A DNA stretch of 64,000 nucleotides. It comes from Escherichia phage dhabil. Below the pieces are notes generated by a model. It saw only the letters and a program-made list of their open reading frames with translations, did no database searches and was not told where the DNA came from. Position 1 is the stretch's first letter. Every line of letters begins with the position of its first letter. The stretch is taken from the sequence record MN850621.1, one strand, 5' to 3'. Positions 41,414 to 50,648 of the stretch are shown piece after piece. Both the position numbers and the translations under genes were made by a program.

Positions 41414-42693
41414 TGTCTAAGATTATAGACCTAATTAAAGAATCCACATTGACGGCTGCCAACTCGGTTGGCCGTCCTGCTCTTCTTTCATACACCCAAG
41501 CAACTAATAAACGAATCTTTAAAGCCCTAGTTGCTGAACAAAAAACAAGCCAACCTGTTGCTGCTCTGTACGGGGTTCGTGTACTTAACCCTGACGACAA
41601 AATGACTTATCTTGGTGGCGCTACATTTGCAGGCCAGATTGGTATGTCGGAACGTGAAAATATTCCTGAATTTACCGATTCGTCTACAGCTTATGCAGCC
41701 GGCGATATGTTCCAGTTTGAAAGTGTAGTGTTTAAAGTTCTAGAAGCATCTCCTTTCGCCGGAACCACGGAAACCGACCTCGGTGAAGTTATTTCTGAAG
41801 CAGTGGCCGCTGGGCATATTCGTATGGTATCAGATGCTGCTATTACTTCTAAATTCGAACAAGGCCATCCTGAAATTGCTGAAGCAGGCTTCCGTATTGA
41901 CAAATGGCAATCTGAAGTTAAATCACGTAAACTGAAAACTTCATTGACAGTCGAATTGGCCCAAGACCTAGAATCAAACGGGTTTAATGCTCCTAATTTC
42001 ATTGAAAATCTGCTAGGCATTCAAATGGCAGAAGAAATTAATAAGGACGTATTACAGTCATTAATTACAGTGAGTTCTCGTTTTAAAGTCCAGGGTGTTT
42101 CTGAAAAGGGCGTATTGGACCTTACTAACCCACGTTATGATAATGCCCAGGACCGTGCTCGTACATTATATTATTACATGTGTGAGATGAACTCTGCCGT
42201 CCAACGTCAAACTTCTTTCGCTGGGACTTATGCCGTAGCTAGTTCTCGTTGTGCTGCTATTCTCGCTGCATCCGGTTGGGTTGAGAAAAAGGAAGACCAA
42301 GATGAATTGGCTTATGGTGTATTAAAGAATGGTCTACCTCTTTATGCCGATATGAATAGTCCATGTGATTATGTTATTGTTGGTGTAAATGCTCAGATGG
42401 GTGAAGGACAGACGGTCGCATCTTTATATTATGCGCCTTATACGGAAGGTTTGGATGTGGTTGATGAAGAAGGTGATACTTCAGTAGGTGAATTTAAGGT
42501 TATTGTTGACCCAGAAAGCTTACAACCTACAGTAGCATTGCTTGCTCGTTATGCATTGACTGCAAACCCTTATACCGTCGCTAAGGACGATAAAGAAGCC
42601 CGCATTATTGATGGTTCTGATATGGACAAAATGGCTAACCAAAGCCAGTTGAGTTCTTATCTCGGTGTTAAACTTCCACCACTAGAAAAATAA
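41413..42693 (+). CDS. 24: capsid vertex protein gp24, copy 2 (tandem paralog)
   Basis: 426 aa, alignable with copy 1 over full length; translationally coupled (TAATG). Confidence 0.85.
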   Translation: MSKIIDLIKESTLTAANSVGRPALLSYTQATNKRIFKALVAEQKTSQPVAALYGVRVLNPDDKMTYLGGATFAGQIGMSERENIPEFTDSSTAYAAGDMFQFESVVFKVLEASPFAGTTETDLGEVISEAVAAGHIRMVSDAAITSKFEQGHPEIAEAGFRIDKWQSEVKSRKLKTSLTVELAQDLESNGFNAPNFIENLLGIQMAEEINKDVLQSLITVSSRFKVQGVSEKGVLDLTNPRYDNAQDRARTLYYYMCEMNSAVQRQTSFAGTYAVASSRCAAILAASGWVEKKEDQDELAYGVLKNGLPLYADMNSPCDYVIVGVNAQMGEGQTVASLYYAPYTEGLDVVDEEGDTSVGEFKVIVDPESLQPTVALLARYALTANPYTVAKDDKEARIIDGSDMDKMANQSQLSSYLGVKLPPLEK

Positions 42694-42718
42694 AAGGGAC
42701 CGTAAGGTCCCTTTATTG
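42693..42718 (+). terminator. intrinsic terminator GGGACC-GTAA-GGTCCC + TTTATTGTTTATT
   Basis: Hairpin plus T-rich tract directly after gp24 copy 2. Confidence 0.6.
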
Positions 42719-42719
42719 T

Positions 42720-43727
42720 TTATTTGGATACTAATTCAATCCATACAGCTCGTAGCGTATCTTTAACGCACTCAATAAGCTGCTTTTTAACTTCAACAGG
42801 GTTTTCTGCATCGGTTAATTCTAATTCTTCGCGGGCTGCCTCTTCCAAAATATCTTGGACCGTCAGTCCCATTACCTTTCCAAAATCTTTAGGTGATACT
42901 TCACCAATCTTACTGATAACGTTGTTAATACGGTTAACAGTCACATAATCTGTGAATTGTTGTAATAAATCTAAATCGTCTTGGGATAATACTACTGCAA
43001 CTTTAATAGGCTTATCAGATTTTTTCTTCTCGCTGAATTTAGAGTTCTTGCATTTAATTGCTACACGATTTCCATTAGGCAGCCAAAGCGGATAACAAGG
43101 TTTTAATACGTACCCTTCAGCGGTAAATACTTCGCCTTTTGCTTCGGCATTCCACACATGAGCATTAGCTTCGGCTAGCCCGACATTATCTACTGTAAAA
43201 TTATAATCAGGAAGGACGGAATCTAAATCATTTGGCAATTTAATAAGGTCTTCAAATTTACCACGACCTAAAAGTGGTGCCATTTTAAATTTGAACGTCT
43301 TACAAAATGATTCCATCATATAATCGTCGACATAAGTCACATCGCCGCTTTCGGTGGTAACAATAATGTCAAATACATAAAAATCTTTATCACCGTAATC
43401 AACGTTCTTCTGAATGCCTGTTCCAGCGAATTCACCGAAAACTTGATAAGATACGGCTGCTGAAGTTTCCATAATATCTTGTATAGATTTAATAGAATCA
43501 GCGTAGTTCTTAAGTACAATTTCATAACCATAGAAATCTTCAGCAGGGAGAATTGGGCCAGTGCGCTTGGCGCATGTGACTGCGTCACGTTCTATGATTA
43601 AACTAAAGTTGGTTCCATGAATCTTCTCACGTGCTACCCATTCACCACCAGTCAAACCATTGGTACGGAGTTTTTCGATAAACTTACTGTTGTAGTGGTT
43701 TTCCAGACTGCTATATTTCTTGAACAT
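42720..43727 (-). CDS. rnlB: RNA ligase 2
   Basis: [20 protein letters not shown]...[10 protein letters not shown] (ligase KxHG lysine motif); 335 aa; position after gene 24 as in T4. Confidence 0.9.
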   Translation of the reverse strand: MFKKYSSLENHYNSKFIEKLRTNGLTGGEWVAREKIHGTNFSLIIERDAVTCAKRTGPILPAEDFYGYEIVLKNYADSIKSIQDIMETSAAVSYQVFGEFAGTGIQKNVDYGDKDFYVFDIIVTTESGDVTYVDDYMMESFCKTFKFKMAPLLGRGKFEDLIKLPNDLDSVLPDYNFTVDNVGLAEANAHVWNAEAKGEVFTAEGYVLKPCYPLWLPNGNRVAIKCKNSKFSEKKKSDKPIKVAVVLSQDDLDLLQQFTDYVTVNRINNVISKIGEVSPKDFGKVMGLTVQDILEEAAREELELTDAENPVEVKKQLIECVKDTLRAVWIELVSK

Positions 43728-43841
43728 AAATCACCATAATAAATATAATTAAATAGAAGAGCTAGTAATCTTCTGTCACCAAGCCAAATGGTTTAACGGA
43801 AGGACCTAGACCCATTATAACACACCTAAATTTAAAGCATA

Positions 43842-44054
43842 TTACTTTAGACCAAAAACGCGCTTTGCGCTGACCTTTTTGTTGTTTAATCTTTTACGAT
43901 ACACAACTTTCTCTTTTGCTTTAAACTTGGCCTTAGCATTCTCAACTTCGGCCCAGGCTTTAGCCATATCTCTGGCAGTTCCGCCAATCTTTTTAGCAAT
44001 ATCAATAAAATTCATACCCGATTCATGTAAAAAATGTACTTTAATCTTATCCAT
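43842..44054 (-). CDS. small helix-turn-helix-like protein (about 70 aa from MDKIKV)
   Basis: Start at 44052-44054 is downstream of the predicted promoter; GMNFIDIAKKIGGTARDMAKAW resembles an HTH. Confidence 0.45.
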   Translation of the reverse strand: MDKIKVHFLHESGMNFIDIAKKIGGTARDMAKAWAEVENAKAKFKAKEKVVYRKRLNNKKVSAKRVFGLK

Positions 44055-44083
44055 AACAGTTCTCTTGTGATTTGAACTATTCA

Positions 44084-44113
44084 ATAGTAACATGAGAATT
44101 TTAACTTGTAAAC
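44084..44113 (-). promoter_or_regulatory. early promoter (GTTTAC-N18-TACTAT, minus sense)
   Basis: Same architecture as the early promoters at 3748, 5902 and 6253. Confidence 0.45.
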
Positions 44114-44123
44114 AGGAGATTTT

Positions 44124-45629
44124 ATGTCAGACAATCCATTATACGGGCATGATGGTAGAGGCCACTTTAGAGGCGTATCATTAGTAGAAGTTCCACAGAA
44201 CAAATCATTGGAATTTGTGGACATACTCACTAGTGAAAGCACCTTAGACCCTACTATGCTAGATTCTTCTCAAAGCTATGGACTTGAATTTATAAAACAA
44301 GCTTCTAGGGAAGGCGCGTTGGCCCATTTAGGTATAACTAATGAGATGCTAACACCTGGTACTGAAGGTCCACAAGGCCCTAAAGGAGACCCAGGGCCGC
44401 AAGGTATTCAAGGTAACCCCGGTCCTAAAGGAGAAAAGGGCGAACCAGGACCAGTAGGTCCAGAAGGTCCTAAAGGAGACCCGGGTTCACCAGGAAAAGA
44501 AGGCCCTCAGGGTTTACAAGGGGCCCAAGGAGAAGTAGGACCGCAAGGACCACAAGGTCCTATAGGCCCGGCAGGTTTGGTGTGGAAGGGAGCCTGGGAT
44601 GAATCTACCCAATACTCTAAAGACGATGCAGTTGGATACCAGGGAGCTTCTTATTTTTGCATCAGTTCTAATACAGGAACAATACCTCCTAGCGAAGGAG
44701 TTTGGGCACTATTGGCTAATATCGGTGCACCAGGTCCTCAAGGACCAACAGGCCCAACCGGCCCTCAAGGTCCACAAGGCGCGCCAGGCCAAGATGGTAA
44801 TGGGTTTATCTGGGCCGGAAACTGGGCCCTTGGTTCGTCTTATTATATAAACGATTTGGTCCAGTGCGAAGGGTCTTCTTGGATTTGTATCCAGGATAAT
44901 ATAGCAAATAATGATAGTTATCCTGGGAGTGGAGACCTGTGGGCCGATTATTGGAATTTATTTGTAAAAGAAGGGCGTCCAGGAAATCCCGGAGAAGATG
45001 GTGCACCTGGAGAGCAAGGTGCCCAAGGACCGCAAGGCGACCCAGGTCCTAAAGGTGAAAAGGGTGAACCCGGGCCACAAGGTATTCAAGGTCCTATAGG
45101 TCCTGCAGGTGCGCCAGGCAAAGATGCAGTATTTGATGTCGATTCTTTAACCCAGTCTCAATTAAAATCTTTATATGATAAACTTTTCCCATTCTATCCA
45201 CCTAGATATTGGAAAGGCTCTTTAAGATTTGATAAGCCTCTGAACACTTCAGAGTGGAAGGAAATACGTTTGTGGGACCTTAATATGGTTCTTCATGTTC
45301 GCATGTACTCATCTGTAGGCATCCATATAAGGGCTACTAATGCAGGTCTTACTAATAGGCTTGATATTAAAAGATTTACCAACTATGAAAACGGAATAGA
45401 ATGTGCCAACTGGAGTAATGTGTTGTGGTCATCATCTCCTGAATTATTCGACGATTTGGCTTATTCTAGTGCAAGACAATTTAACCGTTACGAAATATTT
45501 GACCGTGATACTAGAAAATACTACACTGTATCTGTGTTTATTGTAGGCGGCCCTCTTAATACGACTACAGATATCCCTGTTGAAGTTTTATTTTCTGTCG
45601 AAGACCATACCAATATGAGCACGTTTTAA
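44124..45629 (+). CDS. collagen-like triple-helix repeat protein with two carbohydrate-binding-like (CBM5/12-type) inserts and a C-terminal globular domain (501 aa)
   Basis: Three Gly-X-Y runs (aa about 81-152, 203-229, 286-336) separated by two W....Y..(D)D.V.Y.G.SY.C...N.G..P....W motifs; RBS AGGAGA. Confidence 0.75.
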   Translation: MSDNPLYGHDGRGHFRGVSLVEVPQNKSLEFVDILTSESTLDPTMLDSSQSYGLEFIKQASREGALAHLGITNEMLTPGTEGPQGPKGDPGPQGIQGNPGPKGEKGEPGPVGPEGPKGDPGSPGKEGPQGLQGAQGEVGPQGPQGPIGPAGLVWKGAWDESTQYSKDDAVGYQGASYFCISSNTGTIPPSEGVWALLANIGAPGPQGPTGPTGPQGPQGAPGQDGNGFIWAGNWALGSSYYINDLVQCEGSSWICIQDNIANNDSYPGSGDLWADYWNLFVKEGRPGNPGEDGAPGEQGAQGPQGDPGPKGEKGEPGPQGIQGPIGPAGAPGKDAVFDVDSLTQSQLKSLYDKLFPFYPPRYWKGSLRFDKPLNTSEWKEIRLWDLNMVLHVRMYSSVGIHIRATNAGLTNRLDIKRFTNYENGIECANWSNVLWSSSPELFDDLAYSSARQFNRYEIFDRDTRKYYTVSVFIVGGPLNTTTDIPVEVLFSVEDHTNMSTF

Positions 45630-45638
45630 GGAGGTTAA

Positions 45639-46505
45639 ATGATTGTACTTAAAATAAATGGTCCTAGATATGAATTGGTTGGCAGGACAGTAACCTTTTA
45701 TACCGGGTTTGTATTACCACCCGGTTCTACTCTAGATGACGTAGAAATTAATTGGTATAAAAACGATGTCCATATTCCACAACTTCCTACCGAAGACCCT
45801 TTTGAATTAAATTTATGGGAAGTAGGATTCCCGGCGGCAGGAACATTTTATGCGACCATAACAAATAAGAAAAGTGGTGAAATAACAAAGAGTAACGAAA
45901 TAGAACTTGAAATAGGTACCCTTCCAAGAAGAATAGTCCTAGATATAAACTCTAGGGAATTAATATATGCCAATATAGGAGAAACAGTTTCACTTCGCCC
46001 GTCGTGTAGAGTGGAACCCACTTATGCCGAAAGAATTTGTAGATGGTATAGAGATGGAGTAGAATTATCTAAAGACGAAGATATTGATATATTAATAGAC
46101 GACCCTGATAAATTTGGAGATTATACATTAAAATCTATAGCGACCTGCGAAGGAGCATATATCCCTGCTTCTGAAGAACTTTTAGTTGAAATAAAACCTA
46201 GGGATGATGTATTGCAGTGCCCTTTCATATATGATAACGACCTTAATGCTTATTTACCATATGGCGGTGGAAGAAATGAATCGTATATGTGGATAGGTTG
46301 GTGGGTATGGGACGAAATAAGAGAAGCCGTTAGATTGGGAGAAGATTGGACTTTGGATATAAACAACAGCCCATACAAGTATAAATGTGAGTTACAAAAA
46401 GTAGCCGACCTTTTGTCTAAGTATCCTGAAGTAGAGATACAAGAGTCGAGAAATGGCTACATCTTAGAAAGGAAAGACTTAGTTTACGTCCCTCCTGAAA
46501 AATAA
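45639..46505 (+). CDS. Hoc-like capsid decoration protein paralog (288 aa)
   Basis: C-terminal about 90 aa (YMWIGWWVWDEI...EDW...LQKVADL...YPEVEIQESRNG) parallels the Hoc C-terminus at 46779-47066; RBS AGGAGG. Confidence 0.7.
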   Translation: MIVLKINGPRYELVGRTVTFYTGFVLPPGSTLDDVEINWYKNDVHIPQLPTEDPFELNLWEVGFPAAGTFYATITNKKSGEITKSNEIELEIGTLPRRIVLDINSRELIYANIGETVSLRPSCRVEPTYAERICRWYRDGVELSKDEDIDILIDDPDKFGDYTLKSIATCEGAYIPASEELLVEIKPRDDVLQCPFIYDNDLNAYLPYGGGRNESYMWIGWWVWDEIREAVRLGEDWTLDINNSPYKYKCELQKVADLLSKYPEVEIQESRNGYILERKDLVYVPPEK

Positions 46506-46507
46506 TA

Positions 46508-46529
46508 AAGGGCCTACGGGCCCTTTTTG
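46508..46529 (+). terminator. intrinsic terminator GGGCC-TAC-GGGCCC + T5
   Basis: AAAGGGCCTACGGGCCCTTTTTGG directly after the Hoc-like gene. Confidence 0.6.
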
Positions 46530-46693
46530 GTATGTAAAATTTTATCTATAGTAGCTATTATCCCAAAAAAGGAACTAATGCATGTGAAAAGAGCCAATAT
46601 AGAAGCAAACAACCCACTAGTTAATGAAATTAACGAAAACAAAAACAGCACTATAAAGAAAACCAACAACCCTATATCTTTGTTAAATTTCAT
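46514..46693 (-). CDS. small hydrophobic membrane protein (59 aa)
   Basis: Hand-translated: MKFNKDIGLLVFFIVLFLFSLISLTSGLFASILALFTCISSFFGIIATIDKILHTKKGP; RBS AGGTGG 4 nt before ATG. Confidence 0.4.
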   Translation of the reverse strand: MKFNKDIGLLVFFIVLFLFSLISLTSGLFASILALFTCISSFFGIIATIDKILHTKKGP

Positions 46694-46754
46694 ATATCCA
46701 CCTATTAAAAATTATTCGTCAATAACTTAATCTCCCGAAACATTATCATAAACT

Positions 46755-46780
46755 AAATAAGGGCCTTGCGGCCCTTTATT
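46755..46780 (-). terminator. hairpin GGGCC-TTGC-GGCCC flanked by T-rich tracts (possibly bidirectional)
   Basis: AAATAAGGGCCTTGCGGCCCTTTATT directly 3' of hoc. Confidence 0.45.
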
Positions 46781-48191
46781 AATAAACGTAATCGTAAATA
46801 ATTCCAGCATCCAAAGCGGTTCTGTGAATAATTCTACCATTACGAGATTCCTGTACATCAACCTCAGGATAATCGGCTACCATTTTTTGAAGGGTATAAC
46901 GATGGAGATAATATTCACTATCAGGTTCGTCAGTTTTCCAGTCTTTGCCTTCAAGGGTCATTTTCTGAATTTCGTCCATAACCCACCAACCACACCAAAT
47001 ATAAGCTGAATTACGAACTGGTAGCGGATGAACGTAAGGTAGTTCGCCCTCTGGTTCAGGAGCGACTTTAGCCGTAATTGTTACATTACCGGATTTTGTG
47101 ACGGTCACAGAATTATAGTCGGTAGCCGAAACCACAACAGAAACTTCAATAACCTGTGAACCTTCAGCGCTTGTGTCAATTACTAATGTATCCGTAGCAC
47201 CCACAACAGGTGAACCATCTTTCTTCCAAGAATAAGCAAAAGTAGCACCACTAGGCGCACCGACTACCGTGGCTTTAAAAGAAGCCGGGATTCCTTCAGA
47301 GACAGTAATAGAAGCAGGCGTTAAATTAACAGAAACACCTGCCATAGTCTTTTTAGTAATTGTTACACTTCCTGTTTTGGTAACGGTTAAATCATTATAA
47401 TCCGTACCTTTTAGGAGTACCGAAACTTCAATAGAGTAAGAACCTATTGTAGACGTATCAACAGCAAGAGTATTACTGCTTTCGCCCGGAATAATAGAAC
47501 CGTTTTTCTTCCAAGAATAAGTTGCATTTACGCCGGAAGGAGCGCCGACTACATCCGCTTTAAACTGTGCAGATGAGTCTTTCTCTGTACTAATTGAGGC
47601 CGGTGTTAAAGTAACAGAAACACCTGATATAGTTTTCTTAACAAAAGTTACCGCAGCACCTTTAGTAGCGGTACCCGGGTTATATTCAGGGGCGGTAACA
47701 GTAACTTCACAGTTCAACGTGTAATTTGCTTCCGCGGCTTCGGTTACAGTAATAGTTTTACCAGTTTGGCCAGAGATTACGCTGGTGTTACGTTTCCAAA
47801 CATAAGCAATTGTTGCACCTGCAGGTGCACCCGTCACGTTAGCAGTAACAACTTGAGATTGGCCAACTTCTTTAGAAACAGAAATAGGGTCCAAAGCCAA
47901 AGAAATAGACATGGTCTTATTAGCTACGGTAACTTCAAAAGTATCTTCAGCTACCTCAGGTTCGCCTTCAGCCGGAGTAGAAGTTGCTACTACTTTTAAA
48001 ACTTTCTTACCTACAGGTGCAGCACCTGTATATTTCAAAACATTGGTTGCTTCTGGATTAGAAGCACCATCAATAGACCATACATATGTAATGGTTCCTT
48101 CTACAGCTGCACCTGTTGCGGTAGCAGTGTAGTTAGCACTTTCGCCTATTTTAATAGACGCTGTGCCGGCTATACTTACAGTAAAAGCCAT
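46779..48191 (-). CDS. hoc: Hoc outer capsid protein with four Ig-like repeats plus C-terminal capsid-binding domain (470 aa)
   Basis: Four about 95-aa Ig-like repeats each containing Y-x-W-K/S-x-(D/N)G; position next to inh as in T4. Confidence 0.85.
   Translation of the reverse strand: MAFTVSIAGTASIKIGESANYTATATGAAVEGTITYVWSIDGASNPEATNVLKYTGAAPVGKKVLKVVATSTPAEGEPEVAEDTFEVTVANKTMSISLALDPISVSKEVGQSQVVTANVTGAPAGATIAYVWKRNTSVISGQTGKTITVTEAAEANYTLNCEVTVTAPEYNPGTATKGAAVTFVKKTISGVSVTLTPASISTEKDSSAQFKADVVGAPSGVNATYSWKKNGSIIPGESSNTLAVDTSTIGSYSIEVSVLLKGTDYNDLTVTKTGSVTITKKTMAGVSVNLTPASITVSEGIPASFKATVVGAPSGATFAYSWKKDGSPVVGATDTLVIDTSAEGSQVIEVSVVVSATDYNSVTVTKSGNVTITAKVAPEPEGELPYVHPLPVRNSAYIWCGWWVMDEIQKMTLEGKDWKTDEPDSEYYLHRYTLQKMVADYPEVDVQESRNGRIIHRTALDAGIIYDYVY
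47067..47621 (-). repeat. internal tandem duplication of Ig-like domains 3 and 4 within hoc
   Basis: ATYSWKKNGSIIPGESSNTLAVDTSTIGSYSIEVSV... versus FAYSWKKDGSPVVGATDTLVIDTSAEGSQVIEVSV... are closely similar. Confidence 0.6.
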
Positions 48192-48200
48192 ATTTTACCC

Positions 48201-48872
48201 TTATTTTAAAGTTACGAAAGATGAATTACGCGTTTCACGTACTAATACTGAACCATTACGATTGATGTAATAAATCAGACTGAATAGTGTTTGGTGGGCA
48301 GATGGGTGTTGGAAATCTTTAGGGCGTTCTTTCCAATCAGGGGTTTCGGTAATCCATTGATAAATCCACCAAGGCACAGTACAATACCCTGGGTTTTTAC
48401 CAATGAGTAAAAGATTAGGGCTAAAGTTTTCAGGTAAAGAGAATACAGGTTTTTCAGATTCAATAACCTCGGCCACAGCCTCTTTGAATTTCTCTTCGAC
48501 AAACGGGACGTCTTCTTCAATAATCTCTACCTTAGGAAGTTCGGCTACCTCAATAACTTCAACTACCGCTTCAGGGGCATCAAATAATAGGGTAGCCTCT
48601 TCTTTGGCGGGTTCGGCACCATCAACAAATTCGTTAGCGCCTGTGAGTTCGTCGGCGGCATCAATCAAATCAGAAATAGACAAACCTTCGGTTTCTGGAA
48701 GTGGTTCATCAGCCAGGGCTTTAAGGCCTTCAGAGATATCGATAATCAAATTATCAAACGAACGGGTTTTCTTAAGTTTCAAACCGAATTGTTCGCCGTA
48801 TTCGATTAACTTAGCTTTAGCTTCTTTTTTATCTTCGAGTGCACGAAGCTCTTCAATATATTGAGTATCCAT
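48201..48872 (-). CDS. inh: Inh, inhibitor of prohead protease
   Basis: 223 aa (T4 Inh is similar), acidic N-terminal half; position between hoc and uvsW. Confidence 0.7.
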   Translation of the reverse strand: MDTQYIEELRALEDKKEAKAKLIEYGEQFGLKLKKTRSFDNLIIDISEGLKALADEPLPETEGLSISDLIDAADELTGANEFVDGAEPAKEEATLLFDAPEAVVEVIEVAELPKVEIIEEDVPFVEEKFKEAVAEVIESEKPVFSLPENFSPNLLLIGKNPGYCTVPWWIYQWITETPDWKERPKDFQHPSAHQTLFSLIYYINRNGSVLVRETRNSSFVTLK

Positions 48873-48892
48873 AATTAGTCTCTTGTTGGTGT

Positions 48893-48913
48893 ATAAATAT
48901 AATTATATTTATA
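48893..48913. promoter_or_regulatory. divergent pair of late promoters (TATAAATA on plus 48893-48900; TATAAATA on minus 48906-48913)
   Basis: Plus copy 27 nt upstream of uvsW; minus copy upstream of inh and hoc. Confidence 0.55.
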
Positions 48914-48927
48914 ACTGAGAATTAGAC

Positions 48928-50424
48928 ATGCAAATTCAAGTACATTTTGATAATTTTAGTCATGTTCGTGTTGAGTGTGATGAATCCACCTTCTACGAAC
49001 TCAGAGACTATTTCAGCTTTGAAGCTGATGGATATAAATTTAACCCTAAATACCGTTACGGGCAATGGGACGGGAGAATTCGTCTTCTAGATTATAACCG
49101 TAAACTTCCGTATGGTCTAGTCCCACAAATTAAAAAATTCGCTGACCAGTTTGAATACTCTCTTTGGATAGACCCACGTATTCTTGAACAGGAAGATATT
49201 TCTCGCGAAGATTTTGACTCATGGGTGGCTTCACAAGAGATTTATTCAGGTTCTACCAAGATTGAGCCACATTGGTACCAGAATGAAGCCGTATACAACG
49301 GTCTGACAAAACGTCGTGCAATTCTGAATTTACCTACATCCGCAGGTAAATCATTGATTCAGGCGCTCCTGAGTCGATATTACGTTGAGAACTATGAAGG
49401 TAAAATTCTTATCTTAGTTCCTACTACTGCACTTGTCGACCAGATGATTAATGACTTCATCGATTATCGTTTGTTCCCTAAAGCCGCTATGCTTGGTATT
49501 CGTTCAGGTACTGCTCGTGATTCTGATGCAATGATTTATGTTTCAACTTATCAAACGGCTATTAAACAACCTAAAGAATGGTTTGCTCAGTTTGGTATGT
49601 TTATGAATGACGAATGCCATTTGGCAACAGGTAAATCAATTTCTACCATCATCGAAGGCCTTACCAATTGTATGTTTAAATTCGGTTTGTCCGGTTCTTT
49701 AAAAGACGGTAAAGCCAATTTAATGCAATATATGGGTTTGTTTGGTGATGTGTTTAAGCCAGTATCCACTTCACAGTTAATGGAAGAAGGACAGGTAACT
49801 GATTTAAAAATAAACAGTATTTTCCTTCGTTATCCGGATGAATTCACTGTTAAGATGAAAGGTAAAGATTACCAATCAGAAATTAAAGTCATTACTAAGG
49901 CTACTCGTCGTAATAAATGGGTTGCTAATTTAGCTGTTAAACTCGCTAAGAAAGAAGAGAACGTATTCCTGATGTTTAAAAACATCGAGCACGGTAAAAC
50001 TCTTTTTGAAATGGTTAAAGAGCAACATAAAGAAGTTTATTACGTATCAGGTGAAGTTAATACAGAAACTCGTAATGCTCTTAAAGTAATGGCGGAAAAT
50101 GGTAAGGGTATTATTGTTGTGGCAAGTTATGGTGTGTTCTCTACTGGTATTTCCGTTAAGAACCTCCACCATGTAATATTTGCACATCCGGTAAAATCCA
50201 AAATCATTGTACTCCAGACAATAGGTCGTGTGCTCCGTAAACATGCTTCTAAATCAACAGCACAAGTTTGGGACATTATAGACGACATGGGCGTTAAGCC
50301 TAAATCAGCAAATGCTAAAAAGAAATATGTTCATTTGAATTATGCATTAAAACATGCCTTAGAACGTATTCAACGTTATGCTGACGAGAAATTTAATTAC
50401 GTAATGAAACAGGTGGATTTATGA
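48928..50424 (+). CDS. uvsW: UvsW RNA-DNA / DNA helicase
   Basis: HFDNFSHVRVECDESTF.ELRD.FSFEADGY.FNP..RYG.WDGRIRLLDYNR, NLPTSAGKS (Walker A), MNDECH (Walker B) match recalled T4 UvsW. Confidence 0.95.
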   Translation: MQIQVHFDNFSHVRVECDESTFYELRDYFSFEADGYKFNPKYRYGQWDGRIRLLDYNRKLPYGLVPQIKKFADQFEYSLWIDPRILEQEDISREDFDSWVASQEIYSGSTKIEPHWYQNEAVYNGLTKRRAILNLPTSAGKSLIQALLSRYYVENYEGKILILVPTTALVDQMINDFIDYRLFPKAAMLGIRSGTARDSDAMIYVSTYQTAIKQPKEWFAQFGMFMNDECHLATGKSISTIIEGLTNCMFKFGLSGSLKDGKANLMQYMGLFGDVFKPVSTSQLMEEGQVTDLKINSIFLRYPDEFTVKMKGKDYQSEIKVITKATRRNKWVANLAVKLAKKEENVFLMFKNIEHGKTLFEMVKEQHKEVYYVSGEVNTETRNALKVMAENGKGIIVVASYGVFSTGISVKNLHHVIFAHPVKSKIIVLQTIGRVLRKHASKSTAQVWDIIDDMGVKPKSANAKKKYVHLNYALKHALERIQRYADEKFNYVMKQVDL

Positions 50425-50648
50425 AGTCCTTTAAAGAAGTTATCTATGAAGCCTCTATCGAGAGCTTCATGTCTAAAATTAGTTCTTGTCAAACCATGGA
50501 CGGTTTGAAGGAATTGGAGAAGTATTACAAAACTCGTAGTAAAGAAGCTGAACTTCGAGATTCGGATGATATCAGTGTTCGTGATGCCCTGGCAGGTAAA
50601 CGGGCTGAATTAGAATCCATGGATGACGAAGAGCAAGAAGAGTTCTAA
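50421..50648 (+). CDS. uvsW.1: UvsW.1 small acidic protein
   Basis: 75-aa ORF overlapping the uvsW stop (ATGA). Confidence 0.7.
   Translation: MKSFKEVIYEASIESFMSKISSCQTMDGLKELEKYYKTRSKEAELRDSDDISVRDALAGKRAELESMDDEEQEEF

Noticed and set aside
46527-46730. 67-aa plus-strand ORF between the Hoc-like gene and hoc
   Set aside because: Low-complexity Asn/Lys/Ile-rich product without a convincing RBS and downstream of a strong terminator; the antisense 59-aa membrane ORF is the better candidate.
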